A stretch of 64,000 bases of DNA. It comes from Takakia lepidozioides (taxonomy: Eukaryota > Plantae > Bryophyta). The notes under the pieces were generated by a model that saw only the letters and a program-made list of their open reading frames with translations, ran no database searches and had not been told where the DNA came from. Positions 13,904 through 25,953 of this stretch are shown here, one piece after another. The stretch is from NCBI GenBank assembly GCA_030704615.1, contig CM060733.1:51026001-51090000 (forward strand). Reading direction: 5' to 3'. The first letter of the stretch is position 1. Every line of letters starts with the position of its first letter. The position numbers were made by a program, and so were the translations under genes.

Positions 13904-16900
13904 ATGAAGAAGGTTGGAAGTACCAAGACACAGGAGTTTCCTGCGTTTACAGCTACCGCAGGCGCTGCGATTGTCAATGAATTTGAAACGTACTTTCTCC
14001 TTCACATTCACGTTTGCTCTTTATGTTATTCCTAAGTTTCACAACGACATTCTTCCCATATGTTCGTCACAAAGAGAGGGATGATGCTGATGTACTCATT
14101 AGGCTACAGACCCAGTGGGAGCAGAAAAGGGGGAGTATTAATCTCAATTCTCAGCTAGCTGTACAGATGTAAAGCAGCAGTGGTATGATGCATCAAATGT
14201 AATGGGAAGTCGGTGGGAGTTGTGGCAGGTATGAGGACTATTTAGACAGTCAGATCACACCCACTGATCTCTTCTACCTGGAAGATCTCGAGCTTGCCCG
14301 CCAGCTTGTGGAAATGGGGTGCGTCTGTTGTCTGATCTTGGTCTAGCCGTTAGGCCAAACTTTCATTTATACTCACATTATTCTGTACAGTATCCACTGA
14401 AATTTTTGTAAATGTTGCATCTGTTCCACATGATCAGTATGACTCACGAGGAGGCCCTGGATAGACTGCTTCAGGTGTTGATCAGCAACTAAATGTTTTT
14501 GTCCAGGACTAGCAACCTCATTACCCTTTTTAGTGTAAGATATCTGTTGAAGCAACATTAAAGTCTTCGTTCTGTGCGTAACCATGACGAGACATATATG
14601 TAGAGGAACAAGGATTCATTGCCAAAAACAAATCCTGTTGTGTGTGAAAAAAACTGAACCTAAGATTGTGACAGGAAACAGGTACAGGAGCAATGCAGAG
14701 ATCATGTCAAGGGCTGATTTTGCCAATTTCAAGGAAGTCGCTGAGCAAGCTCGCTTGGCGGTATTTTTGCTCATAACGCTTCCGATCATTCCTCTCCCCT
14801 CTCGTTCCCATGTGCCCTCTCGGCCTCCAATGGACGTTATAAAGCACCATTTCATTTCTTTTCTTTTCTTTTCTTTCTCTTTCTTTCATGTCTCTTGATG
14901 CATGCTGAAATGGTCATTTTCTTTGTTCTAGCCTGTCCCGTAGGCCCTCGTTGCCCCCCCCACCCTCGGACGTCATAAAGTTGCTTCTTTAGAGCATTGC
15001 AGGCTTTGCAAAGGACGCCAAAGAAGCATTTCAGTGCTGAAAAGGATGTCTCCGGATATCCTCTCCTCCTGGTATTTCCTGTACTCAGAGGTCGTTTTCT
15101 CTTATGTTGTGATTTACTTGGCGCTTGGTAGGTAATAGCCCCCTCAACAGGACCAGTTCTTCGTTCCACACACTTCCTTCTGAACAGTATTGCTGCCAAA
15201 TCCTTGAACAAATCCTCCTGCAGAAGGGGAAGACAGTTGCTGCAGGTATATAAACGCCCAGTAACTTCAACCTGGACATGAAAAACTGAGAATGACTCGA
15301 CAATGTACTAGTCATGAAGGACTTACAATAGGTCGCATCCTTCACTGTGTAACAAATGAAATGAAATGGTACTTTATAACATCCGCGGTACTTTATAACA
15401 TTTTGTCCCAGAGCTTATGGGACAAAATGGAAGAAAGAAAACTCAAAGAAAACTGACCTGCCTGGACCTCAATAATTACCTGCATATGACAGTTCTTGAT
15501 TGTGACTTCTGATTAGAAGTGTAGATAATGTCAGAATGCAGTAGGGGGAGGTGTGATGGAGGTAGCATCTGTGCTCCTTACAGGCCTTGCAGGAGCGGGA
15601 GAAACCAGTTCGAGATGGAAAGCTGGCTGTATCTTTTAGTTTTCAAAGTTTCAAACTAGCCTTCGTTTTCCCAGAGCAAACAGGGTTCTTTTACTTTAAT
15701 CTGCTACCATGTACAGCAGACCTCTAGGACGTCTAGGGCTGCCAAGAGGACAGCTTTTTGCCATTGAGGTTGTCTGTTGAAAGCAAGTATCTATACTGTA
15801 ACCCAAGTTGGTGTGCATTCTGAAGCTTGTGGAAGAATCCCTACTGTACAAAGGTATGTTTCCTCATAAATATCTTTAGTCATTCCACATTAGTTCCTAC
15901 ACAACTGACAACAAAGCAGTGAGCTCCTAGACAGACATCTGCATCTTTTCACTAAGTTGTATTACCATCAGCTGCACATACTTCCTTCACTGCCAAGCTG
16001 TCAGACCATCATCTTCATCCGGGATTACAACAACAGGGGCCATGAGGTAATCCATCCATTGCGACCTCTCTGTGCTGAGAATGCTAATGGTATTTTATAA
16101 GGGCCATTGCTATCATTTTGCTCTGGCATCTTCAGTCAAACTTAAACCCGACAAACTCCATTGTTTATTTTCATCTCTTTGTATTTTTCTGTCTCCGTAT
16201 TAGTCAACAGGTTCTGTAGCCTTCAATTGCATGTTATGAAAAGCATTATCTTACTTCTTTCTTTCTCTTTCTGTGTAATTGGTGAGTGTTTTATTGCAAG
16301 AACACCCCAGCTCTAGCCCTCCCTCCCGGCCCCAGCATGATCATGCTTCCAGGAAAACCCAGAAAACACTACACAAATCTTGAATTGATTTCACAATTGG
16401 CCTGTAGAAGTACATATGAGGTTTATGGCCGAACCACTACTTTGCAGGTTTGTTCTGGAGATTTTCTGCAATATTTGAAACTGGCAGTTCTGGTATTTCG
16501 GGATGGACAGATATCAGGATACATTGATTACCACGAGCGCATGCAGACTGATGATTTGGAGCCTCTCTTTCTCCATAAACGCCGATTTCTTCCCAAGGCC
16601 TTTGACCTCTCCTACTATAACTGGTATTCTTGCAACCCTCATAATTCTTCCCACATTTGGTCTAAGATAGTATTTAGGGGTTCTATTCTCTTGAATTGCC
16701 ATTCGAAGGGAAGCTTGGTAGGGTAAATGAACTCAAAGAGTTGTCTCATGGAGTTCTTAATGCAACATAGGTGATAGTCTACTTCTAGCTCTTCTGTGAG
16801 TTCCTTAACCTTGTCATAGATGTAAAGCATAAGGTTGCAATACATCTATGGGTAGCTCAGTTTGGAGAAGGTAGCTTTTCATGGAATCTCTCCACGATAC

Positions 16901-17929
16901 ATCCTCATATGAATGAAAGGTCACAAAGTGCGAGGGAGGTCTTGAAAGTCTATAACAGGGTTGACAAGCCCATGGCAGGGAAACTAAGATTGCAGTGGCC
17001 ACAGGAACAGCCAACTGGCAGGTATGCTGTATTATGCGACACACTGCAGCTCTTTCAAATATGTGTGTGTTCCATCATCAGGGTCATTGCTTTGCAAGAT
17101 AACCTTGGAGAGTTGCTGGCATATTTTACTCTTCGTCTAGTAGCATACGGTTGCCTGTCGGAACTCACTGCTCACTGTCTCTAAGTTCCTCACTTGTTTT
17201 GTCATAGATTGATGTTGTTCCTTACTCACCTGGAAGATTTGACGAGTAAACGAGAGGGAAAGAGGTGCACATATATTGATGACAATTACAAGATGCTTGT
17301 ATGTACCATTTTACATGTGAATGTGTGCAGTCTGTATGCAACTTCATATCTGACCTGTATTGTCATGCCCGTTTCAGGTGATTGCTGAAGACGAGACAGG
17401 AGTCTTGTTCAAAAACAAGAAAGACCGCAAAGTTTTGAATGTATGGGCTGTCATCATGTGAATTTCCCAGCTTGGAAAGACTACTTAGCAAGAAGGCATC
17501 CTTTTTTGGCTGGGCTTCCGTCGCTTTCTAAATGTACACCTAAGAAAAACCTTAGTGATCAAGTTCAAGTAACATTCTCATCTTTGTCAATGAGTGTTTG
17601 CTTTAGTTGCTAACTAACTCCGTATTTTGACATGTGTGCAGGTGAATCCAACAATCGCAATTCCTGGAGATAACTCCACTCGGACTGTGGTTACTTTCTG
17701 AACTCTAGCCTTTGACTGCAGTGCTATTCTGGTTGGGTCGTCGAAAACTGATTTACCTTGTTAGCACTACTCCTATGTCGTTGCAATTATCTCACTTCTC
17801 TGCGGTTTCGAGTTGTCGGCATCTGATGTATAGCAGTAGGCTGAAGGCATCAATGGCAATTTGCAGATTAATTCAGGGGAGTATAAGCAAGTTGTGTTGT
17901 TTGACCATGTCACACGGAGAAAGCTGTGA
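13904..17929 (+). CDS. CFAP299: Cilia- and flagella-associated protein 299 (C4orf22/DUF4464 family)
   Basis: Spliced translation [136 protein letters not shown] matches the remembered family. Exons: 13904-13989, 14229-14318, 14682-14760, 15003-15071, 15584-15628, 16005-16046, 16511-16623, [unresolved exon(s) within 17005-17298], 17378-17440, 17642-17689, 17867-17929. Confidence 0.92.
15353..15455 (-). mobile_element. LINE 3' tail fragment in a CFAP299 intron (another at ~14830-14860, + strand)
   Basis: AAATGAAATGAAATGGTACTTTATAACATCCGCGG is the reverse complement of the shared LINE terminus. Confidence 0.65.
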
Positions 17930-18262
17930 AGGTAGGTGTCCTGAAAAGGTTCAGACAGGATTCAAGATGCAGAGGAATCAGCTCAGTTTCAGTGCAAGGA
18001 GCTGCCTTGGTCACTTTGTAAAATTTTAACTGTGAGACCATCTCCTAAACAAAAAGATGTGGACAATAAATCACCTAGTGCATGGAAGGCCAAACCATAG
18101 AAGTTCCTGCCTTTGAGAAGATAAGGGTTTGCATCTGAGAGAGAGCAAATTATATCGGAAAGGTGGGAAGTAAAACAAGACATTCTAGTATTCCAGATAA
18201 ACAAATAACAAGCCAGATTAGATTAACAGTTAGTTCCATTACCAAGTAAAAGACGAACCAAT

Positions 18263-20383
18263 CTAGTCTGTCGCCTCAAAGCTAGGGGCAGTCCAACTCA
18301 GCTTGTCTTCCAAGATCTTTATGTGCTTTTCTTGGGTCCCAAAATCACCTATAGGAGTAGTAAAAGGGTACACATAGACCACTTTCATGGCCATGGATCT
18401 GTACGTTACCACATCATCTCTGACCAGGAATTCCATCACATCGCGGCCCAGGAATCCATCCACTTCAACCTCCAGGTAGTGGCCTGCCCTTGTCCCTGTG
18501 GATGACAAAAAGCAAAGATGTTAATACCGGTGACATCATATCACTATCAAAACTCCCTGTCACCACTACTGAAGGCCGCTGAAGGTAAAGCATGTCAGAC
18601 AACAATCCAAACCAGGTGCAAGCTACTCACCCTTGAGAATGTTAGGAATGACGATGAGAATCATGGAGATGTAAGCTCACCATCAGAAACCTCCTTGAGC
18701 TTGACAATCTCGGGATTCTTTTGAGTTGCAATTATAGTGCTCTCAATTTTCTGCAACCACACGAGGGAGACGTGTACCCATCAGGCTTCGCTTACCAAAT
18801 CCTTGTGGTCACAGACCCTGTACCCGTGGAGACAAATGAGGAGAAATGAGGGGCTTAGTACAGTCATGAAAGAGCCTTGCAGTGCCATTACCTTTGTAAA
18901 TGAGCCTAGGAACAGAGGCCAAGTAACATGGAATTCCTCAAGTGCTTCATAAAGAGAGACAATATACTCATGAGACGACATTTGCCTTAGCCTTGTGGCC
19001 ATAGACCCCGCACCCAGTTTGGGTGGAACAAGAGGGAACAGACACTACCTTTGTGAGGGGCTCACTCCAGTAGTGCGACTTACCTTCGGGCTTTCTAGAG
19101 GAAGAGAGAGAGAAAGGGTTGGTCTGATTCATTTGCTTCAAAAGAAACCGGACGTGTAACAAAAATTTACAACAGCTCTGTTCTTCTTCAGTAACTCTTT
19201 TGGAAATGGCGACACTAGACTTTGGCCATGGCCACAGATAAAGGGGAAGAACTGATTGAATGGGTTAGCTACAGAGGGCCTTTCCAGCCCAAACAAGCCC
19301 ATCCTTATGCTCATAGCTGCATAGCTGCTGGAGGAGGTTTGCAGTGCTAGTAGTCCACCCAAACATTCACCACAAATTGCTACCTTGCAAGAAAAAGAGG
19401 AAGAGAACTGCACACCTTGATGGCAGTGAGCGAGCTCGAGGGTGGAATGCGCCATGGAACTGCATAAGCTGCATTACTGGAGGAAGTTGAGACACAATTT
19501 GGGTTGATGTCGGAAGGGCATGGCCGAATCCGCCTGTCAATTCACACAACACCCTCATGTATAGCAGGCCCCAAGACTACCCTTCCACTTCCCTCCAGCC
19601 AGACTATCAGCTGGCGCCCACCCTTCAAGAGAGAACCATCCCATTGTATGTGTATGGCTGTGAACTTCAAGGCTTTCTTTTGGCTTTTGAGCCTCCACAT
19701 TTACATCTGAAGCTTTTCAGCTGAGAACACTACCAAGGCCTCCTGTAATGGTCACCAGCAACACTGTGACCTCTTCTGTGTGGAAGCCTCCTAACTTGTT
19801 TTCAAGTCTGAGCGCATTCCATCTCATACTTCAGCATCACTCGCAGAGACACAGACTTCATGCAATTGCCCGGATTGCTTACCAAATTGTGGAGTCAGAC
19901 TTAGGTGAAGAACATGTTAGTGTGGGTTTCTGCTGCAGAGGGACCAAACAACAGCTTGCTCGAAGGAGCAGATAATTTGGAGGGTGCTCACCCTTTCAGG
20001 AGGCCAAGCTGCAACCGATCGGACTGTGAGTAAGGCGTCACAGCTGTTTCTGCCATGGCCATCTTTGGGATCCCAAAAGCACTCCACATTAAAGAGGCAG
20101 TCGCCAGCAAGGTACACGTCACCTTCCTCAAACTGGCAGCATTGCTCTCCCAGCTCCCATGCTCATCCTGCCCCACCCTGTCCCATGTGTCCTTGACTTC
20201 CTCATCGGTGCTGAATTCGGAAACATCAACACAAGAACGTCTAGACCTCGCAACCTGGTGATTGGGCTTGAGTTTGTGGGTGACATCAGCTATCCGAAGC
20301 GAGCTGATTCTGGGGTGATAGAGACAGACAGATGGAGAGGGTCCAGGGGTGACGATGGTCGTGATCACATCAAGATGCCGCAT
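18263..20383 (-). CDS. Thylakoid lumenal 17.9 kDa protein-like (DUF1499-related), chloroplast-targeted
   Basis: Exons 20383-19992, 19533-19416, 18750-18681, 18483-18263 join in frame with GT-AG introns. There is a transit-peptide-like N-terminus and a hydrophobic segment ending AMA, then PYSQS..GLLKGRIRPCPSDINPNCVSTSS..RDVMEFLVRDDVVTYRSMA..YVYPFTTPIGDF..WTAPSFEATD*. Confidence 0.85.
18960..19110 (-). repeat. Unclassified short dispersed repeat (family C)
   Basis: The reverse complement ACTGGAGTGAGCCCCTCACAAAGGTAGTGTCTGTTCCCTCTT..CCCAAACTGGGTGCGGGGTCTATGGCCACAAGGCT..ATGAGTA recurs at 52085-52215, 52445-52560 and 53087-53135 (minus), and diverged at ~6535-6582. Confidence 0.8.
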
Positions 20384-20781
20384 TGCTTGGAAAACCCAAC
20401 ATCCAAACACTATCACAGCTCCACTTAGTCCCCAAATAGGATAACGGACCAGGGCACGGACACCATACCTCTGGCTTTCCATAATCTATGTGTAAGATCT
20501 CGAGCAGACTCATTCTAATTAGGAAAAGGGAGCAAGATAATAAATATTCTTTGGTTGGGTGAACTACCGTAATGGAATTTGAAGCGTTCAAAGGTACAGG
20601 GCCAGCTTTTTTGGCCCCTAATGATAGATTGGACAGGTCCAACACCATGTCGTGGAGGACCAACAGCCGGAGAATCTAGGCCTAACATGAGCAGGAAAAT
20701 GGGCATATGGGTTGGGATTTTAGGGCAGGTCGAGTTGCTTTTTGTCATAGCTCTTGCTCTGTTTCTCTTTCTTGGGTTCTT

Positions 20782-20944
20782 GCACTTGAGCAGGTAGCCC
20801 AGTGGTTGGGTGTTTGTGCCTTGCCTGTGCACAACCTAGGTGATCCTGGGTTCAATCCTTCAACATGTGCCTTCAACATGTGCCATTGGGCCCTCCATGG
20901 CCCGTGTGTTGAGCAGTAGGCTCTGTAAATTCACTGGACGTTAA
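20782..20944 (+). mobile_element. tRNA-derived SINE (tail displaced to 21481-21506 by a nested insertion)
   Basis: Pol III A box TAGCCCAGTGG (20795-20805) and B box GGTTCAATCC (20849-20858). Closely similar copies lie at 28370-28632 and 59158-59342. Confidence 0.85.
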
Positions 20945-21480
20945 CCCCTAAATGCCCAAGAGGCCCTACAATGGCTTCTCTCTGGTCAAACTTAGTTTTC
21001 ACTTTGAAAAATATATTTTTTGCATTTGAGTTGAACTAACAAAGTAAAGATAATCAAGTCTAGTCTCTATTCCACTTTACGAGTCATCAAAATTCCAATT
21101 ATTGAATCTTTTATAGCAATTACCAATTCAATGGGTCAAGAGCCAATTTTGTTCTTCAGCATAGTTTTTCTATCGAATTTTTCAACTTAAGAACTTTTTT
21201 TACTTTTAAATATACTAAAGTGTTTTTCATTGTGATTTACACCCAAGGTAAAATTTTCATAAATTATGGATACTTATTGTAATTGATATGATTTTTCGAA
21301 GACATTAAGCTTAAGAAAATCATAATATTTCACTTTTAATGAGACAATTCTGAAAACTTCAAGATTTATAGTAAACATATAGGTTCATCTATGAAAAATA
21401 TTTAAAAAAAAACAATTCTCAAATTCAAGAGCTAGAGATCGAATTTTGACTACATTGAGAATTGCGTGGTCCTTTAGGGG
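20945..21480. mobile_element. Non-autonomous TIR element inserted at TTAA (piggyBac-like termini)
   Basis: Termini CCCCTAAATGCCCAAG / CGTGGTCCTTTAGGGG (13/16 inverted match). TTAA on the left, degenerate on the right. It separates the SINE body from its tail. Confidence 0.6.
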
Positions 21481-22048
21481 TTTCAAAAAAACTTTATCTT
21501 TATCTTGGCAGGAGACGATTTATGGTTGGAGACGAGATTTTTTTAATATTTTTCATCGATGAACCTATATGTTTACTATAAATCTTGAATATCCACTTAA
21601 ATCTTGAATATACACTTACACAAATATGTATCTCTTATGAACTTATAGATGTACGCTTAACACCCACTAAACTACGTCATATATTTTATATGATATATGT
21701 ATGGAATTTTGACATCCAATGCAACATTAACCGACATTCTTAAAGCAAATTTTGCATACTTCCACATATGTGTATGGCTGAATGTGTGCAAATGTGTTGT
21801 ACACTTTTGACATTATGTATGAAATATCAACATGTTGTGTAATACTAGCCTACTTAAATGACACTTCTAAGACAATTTGTGCACATTGTCTTGAATGTAT
21901 ATGGCTCAATGCTTGACAATATGCTATATACTTTTGTCAATATGTATGAAATATCATCATGCAATACAATACTTGCCTACTTAAATGACCCTCCCCAATC
22001 ATATTTTTACATATATTTGCATATGTGTATGGATTAATCTGATTTGAG

Positions 22049-22604
22049 ATGTATGAAAGATGGGGATCTCATATATGACACTAAGTGACACTTACTACAT
22101 GACACTTCTAAACCCACTATGTGCAATCAGTGTGCATAGCTTAATATACCAAAATATATCATTGATTTTTCTAAGTATGTGAGATGAAATTTGGATATCC
22201 ACACCAATACTAACCCACTTAAACGACATTCTTAGACATATTACTTGTACATTATACATATAAATATTCGTCAATGAAGCTATGCCAATGTATATACTAA
22301 TATAAATTTGTATAAGCCTATTCTTAATGTATGAAAGATGGGGATCTCTGATATGACACTAAGTGACACTTACATGACACTTCTAAACCCACTATGTGCA
22401 ATCAGTGTGCATAGCTTAATATACCAAAATATATCATTGATTTTTCTAAGTATGTGAGATGAAATTTGGATATCCACACCAATACTAACCCACTTAAATG
22501 ACATTCTTAGACATATTACTTGTACATTATGCATATAAATATTCGTCAATGAAGCTATGACGATGTATATACTAATATAAATTTGTATAAGCCTATACTT
22601 AATG
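22049..22604. repeat. Tandem duplication, ~278 bp x2, preceded by degenerate ~125-bp units from ~21640
   Basis: TGTATGAAAGATGGGGATCTC...TTGTATAAGCCTA occurs twice, nearly identically. Confidence 0.9.
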
Positions 22605-22721
22605 TATTACAACCACGATTCATACATTGATACATATGATCAATTGTATCTTCAATTCACACATTATACCATTAATGTTTAGAGCATCGTGCTCTCTTAC
22701 AATGGTCTACCAAGCCATGGT

Positions 22722-23675
22722 TCACTTACACAAATAGATGAAGCTCAAATAATTCATCTGTCGGCCTCTCTTCCCTCCTCTACCTCTTTTCCCTCCTTTC
22801 CCACCACCTTTTGGGGTTGATCTCAATGTCTTTTTCACCCCTAGTGTTGGTAATGTACAGCTACAAGTTGCTATGTCGGCATTGGGCACCGGGACAACCA
22901 CAAGTTGGTTAACCCGTATCTCTTTCGTTGCATCATCTTCTCTCATTTTAGCCCGCTCCCGGGCCTCCCGCACTTTGCGAGGATGCATCAATTGTCATTT
23001 CCCAACCTTCCTACCTCTTATCTTTTTCTTTCACTCTTCTTCATCTTCCCATAAGAGCTTAGCGTAAAAATAATCATTTGCTTCGAGAACAAAGCCAAGA
23101 GCCTTCGCATGTTCGTCCAACCCCTCATCCCAATCGTTCTCTACACAAACAATGTACTAGAATGTTCAATGCACTTCCACTGCAATGGATAATGTAATCA
23201 CATGAAGCAAACAAACATTAATAAACAATTAAAATCTTGAACATGAATCATACTTACCACTGAAGAGGTCAATGATGTACTCCACCATCTTTTGTTCATG
23301 AGAATTTTGAAGAGACCGGCGGTAATCCTCTAGACCCGTGCGGATGAGCTTGATAAACCAATGGTCATAGGTGGTGACGGGAGGCACCAAAGTATGGTGA
23401 TGCTTGGTGCGCAACCCCTTCAAACAGTCAAGAAACCCCGCACACATTGCCCGCACCAATTCACATTCATCCACATCCACCTTCATGTCACCCGGCTTAT
23501 CAACCGTATTTCTTTCATGCTCAAACTTGAAATTGATTTGCACGTCAATGCGTTTAAAAGCATTACGTCGTGCTTTGGCCTCATTCTCCTCAACCTTATT
23601 TGCCCTCCTTGCATTCTTTTGGCTTTCATCTCTAGTCCACTTCTTCTTTGCACTCTTTTTTGCACAAGGAGCCAT
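22722..23675 (-). pseudogene. Two-exon gene relic of unknown function, probably transposon-borne
   Basis: ATG at 23675 (MAPCAKKSAKKKW..). A GT-AG intron at 23257-23141 joins in frame to the 22722-22991 ORF through two TGA stops. The protein has a basic C-terminal GGKGGKRGRGGKRGR. It is flanked by tandem repeats and a GC-rich segment at 24360-24650. Confidence 0.55.
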
Positions 23676-25953
23676 GGATCCTAACAACAAAGCGTGCATA
23701 GAATTAAATGGCAATTCAAGCAAAACCTCATATAGGAAAGTTAAGAAAAAAGTAAGAAAACAACTTTAACCTTATGGAACTTAGTGTGAAAGTGTCATTT
23801 TTTTATGTTACCATCATAGCTCAATTGATATTATAGATGCTTATGCCTCATTCAAACCTTATAGAAAACCTTAACATGACATTTATGCATATTCTAAACA
23901 CTCAACACAAAAAGAGATCAAGTTAGCCGGATGTTCATGGGTTTCTCCCTTTATCCGATTTTTAGGGTTTAATCATTTCCAATCAAAGATAGCTTAAATT
24001 ATTAAAAAAATAGGTACATTAAGATTGAAGTATGCACTTTTGCTAACATAGAAACTCTAAGCTTGACCTCAACACATATGTCATCCACTTAAGAGTACAA
24101 AATGTATGCAAGCTCTACCATCTTTAAACCACATGTAAGCACAAAGAAGGGGGAATGAAAACATACCTCAAGTTGCATAGAGGGCGATCCAAAACCTTAA
24201 GCAATAAGACACCCTAAAGAACCATTAGCCCTTATGCTTCTAAAGTATTGGAATCCCTAATTTTGAGTATTTTATCTTGAAAGTAGATGGCTCAATCTGC
24301 CTCAGCCATCCACATTTGAGGCAATGTATGCCTAACAAGTCACAAGCATGTAGTGGCAAGGAAGGCGGGTTGGGGAGGGCGACGTGGCAGATAGGGAAGC
24401 GAGGGTGGCAAGGCGTGGGCAAGGGCCTCGGCGCGGAAGGCTTGGGGGCAGGCGGGCCCCACGCGCCCGCGTGGCGCTGAGGAGTGGGAGTCAACGGGAA
24501 GGAGTGCGAGGGCTAGGCTGGGCGCTCACGTGGCGTGGAGGACATGGCAGGGCGGGCAGTTTTGCCCGAGTACCCCGGCACTATCCCTCAAAGTGTCTGG
24601 GACATAGTGCCGAGGGCGGCCCCGCGCGGAACATTTTGCTCGCAAAAATGTTGTCACACATTGAACTAGGTATTATTGTATTTCAGGCATCCATCATCCA
24701 GGCCCCATGAATGCAAGAAATACATCCATCGCATCATGACTTTGCCATCACACAGTACTGTGTCTGTGCACATGCCTCCTCATACACTCATATTGGAGAC
24801 CGTGAACATTCAAATTTAAAATTTGAAACTGCATTGAATGTACCTCCAGAATGAATGGACATTATTTTGTGGATGATTGTTGTCATCCATATGATTGACC
24901 AGCTGTCCCCAGCGTCTCGTCCCCTCATTCTCTGTCTCCAAACTTGTGTATGACAAATTTTCACTCAGTGCCTTGTGCTTTTTCTATGTGCTTCGACAGG
25001 CTTCTCGAGAAATATGTCTGCAAATGACATAACTGAAGAGTTTGTCCCTCCTGTTGTGCCCCATCTAAGAGCGTAACTTAAGATGCCCGTCAAGTGTTTG
25101 ACAATATGGAGTGTGCGCATAGATATGTGATGCACATTATTATTGGCAACTAGATTTCTCCCTCTCTCGCCAATGATGAAGCTGCCATGGAGATTTAGGG
25201 AAGCCTGGCTATGGCAGCAATAGGCCTTTGGTCATGCTGCTTGTTAATCTCTCGCAAGTTGATGTTGGGGTGGTTCGTCTCTTCCAAGTAAATGACCCAA
25301 GTTCTTGCAGTATGGAGTTGGTGCTTGATGAAGCTGTTTGTAGAGAAAATGGATTCCACATAGAGGAGACAATCGTGTGGCAATTGATATGATATTGCAG
25401 CATATCCGCACTAAGCTTGGCCAACATGATCTTCACAAAATTTATCCGAATGTTCATATAATTCAATCTACATTTCAGGTTTGGTCATATTGGCCTATAT
25501 TGTGAGCTAGGGCTGATAGTGTCTTACTTAGTTTTCTCTGTCTGATGTAGCTTGATATTGTGAGTGCATGTGTTCTGTCAAATGGTTTTTTTTTTTGTCT
25601 CTTTGCCCTTTTAGGCAAATTCGAGGCATGCATATTCTCATTCGTGATCAGGAGACAACGAAGCATGACTTTGTATTCTATGCGGACCGCCTCATACTAT
25701 GCTTGGTATATATGTTACTTTTTGTTGATCCCATGTAGTTGCTTTCTTTTCTATGGAGAACTCAACCCTGTTGGAGACACATGAAGAAGCCAAAAAATAT
25801 AGGGTTGCCTTAGAGAGTAGCATATGTGATGTGCTACATTATAAATACCAAGGAATTGAGGAAGTGGAGATGATGTCAGGTGGTTGAACATGGGCTAGGC
25901 CATTTGCTCTTCACTGAGAAGCAGGTTATCACTCCCACAGGTATTGGTTGATG

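Noticed and set aside
20790-20870. tRNA gene
   Set aside because: A/B boxes are present but no convincing cloverleaf; three dispersed copies share a non-tRNA body and tail, so it is a SINE.
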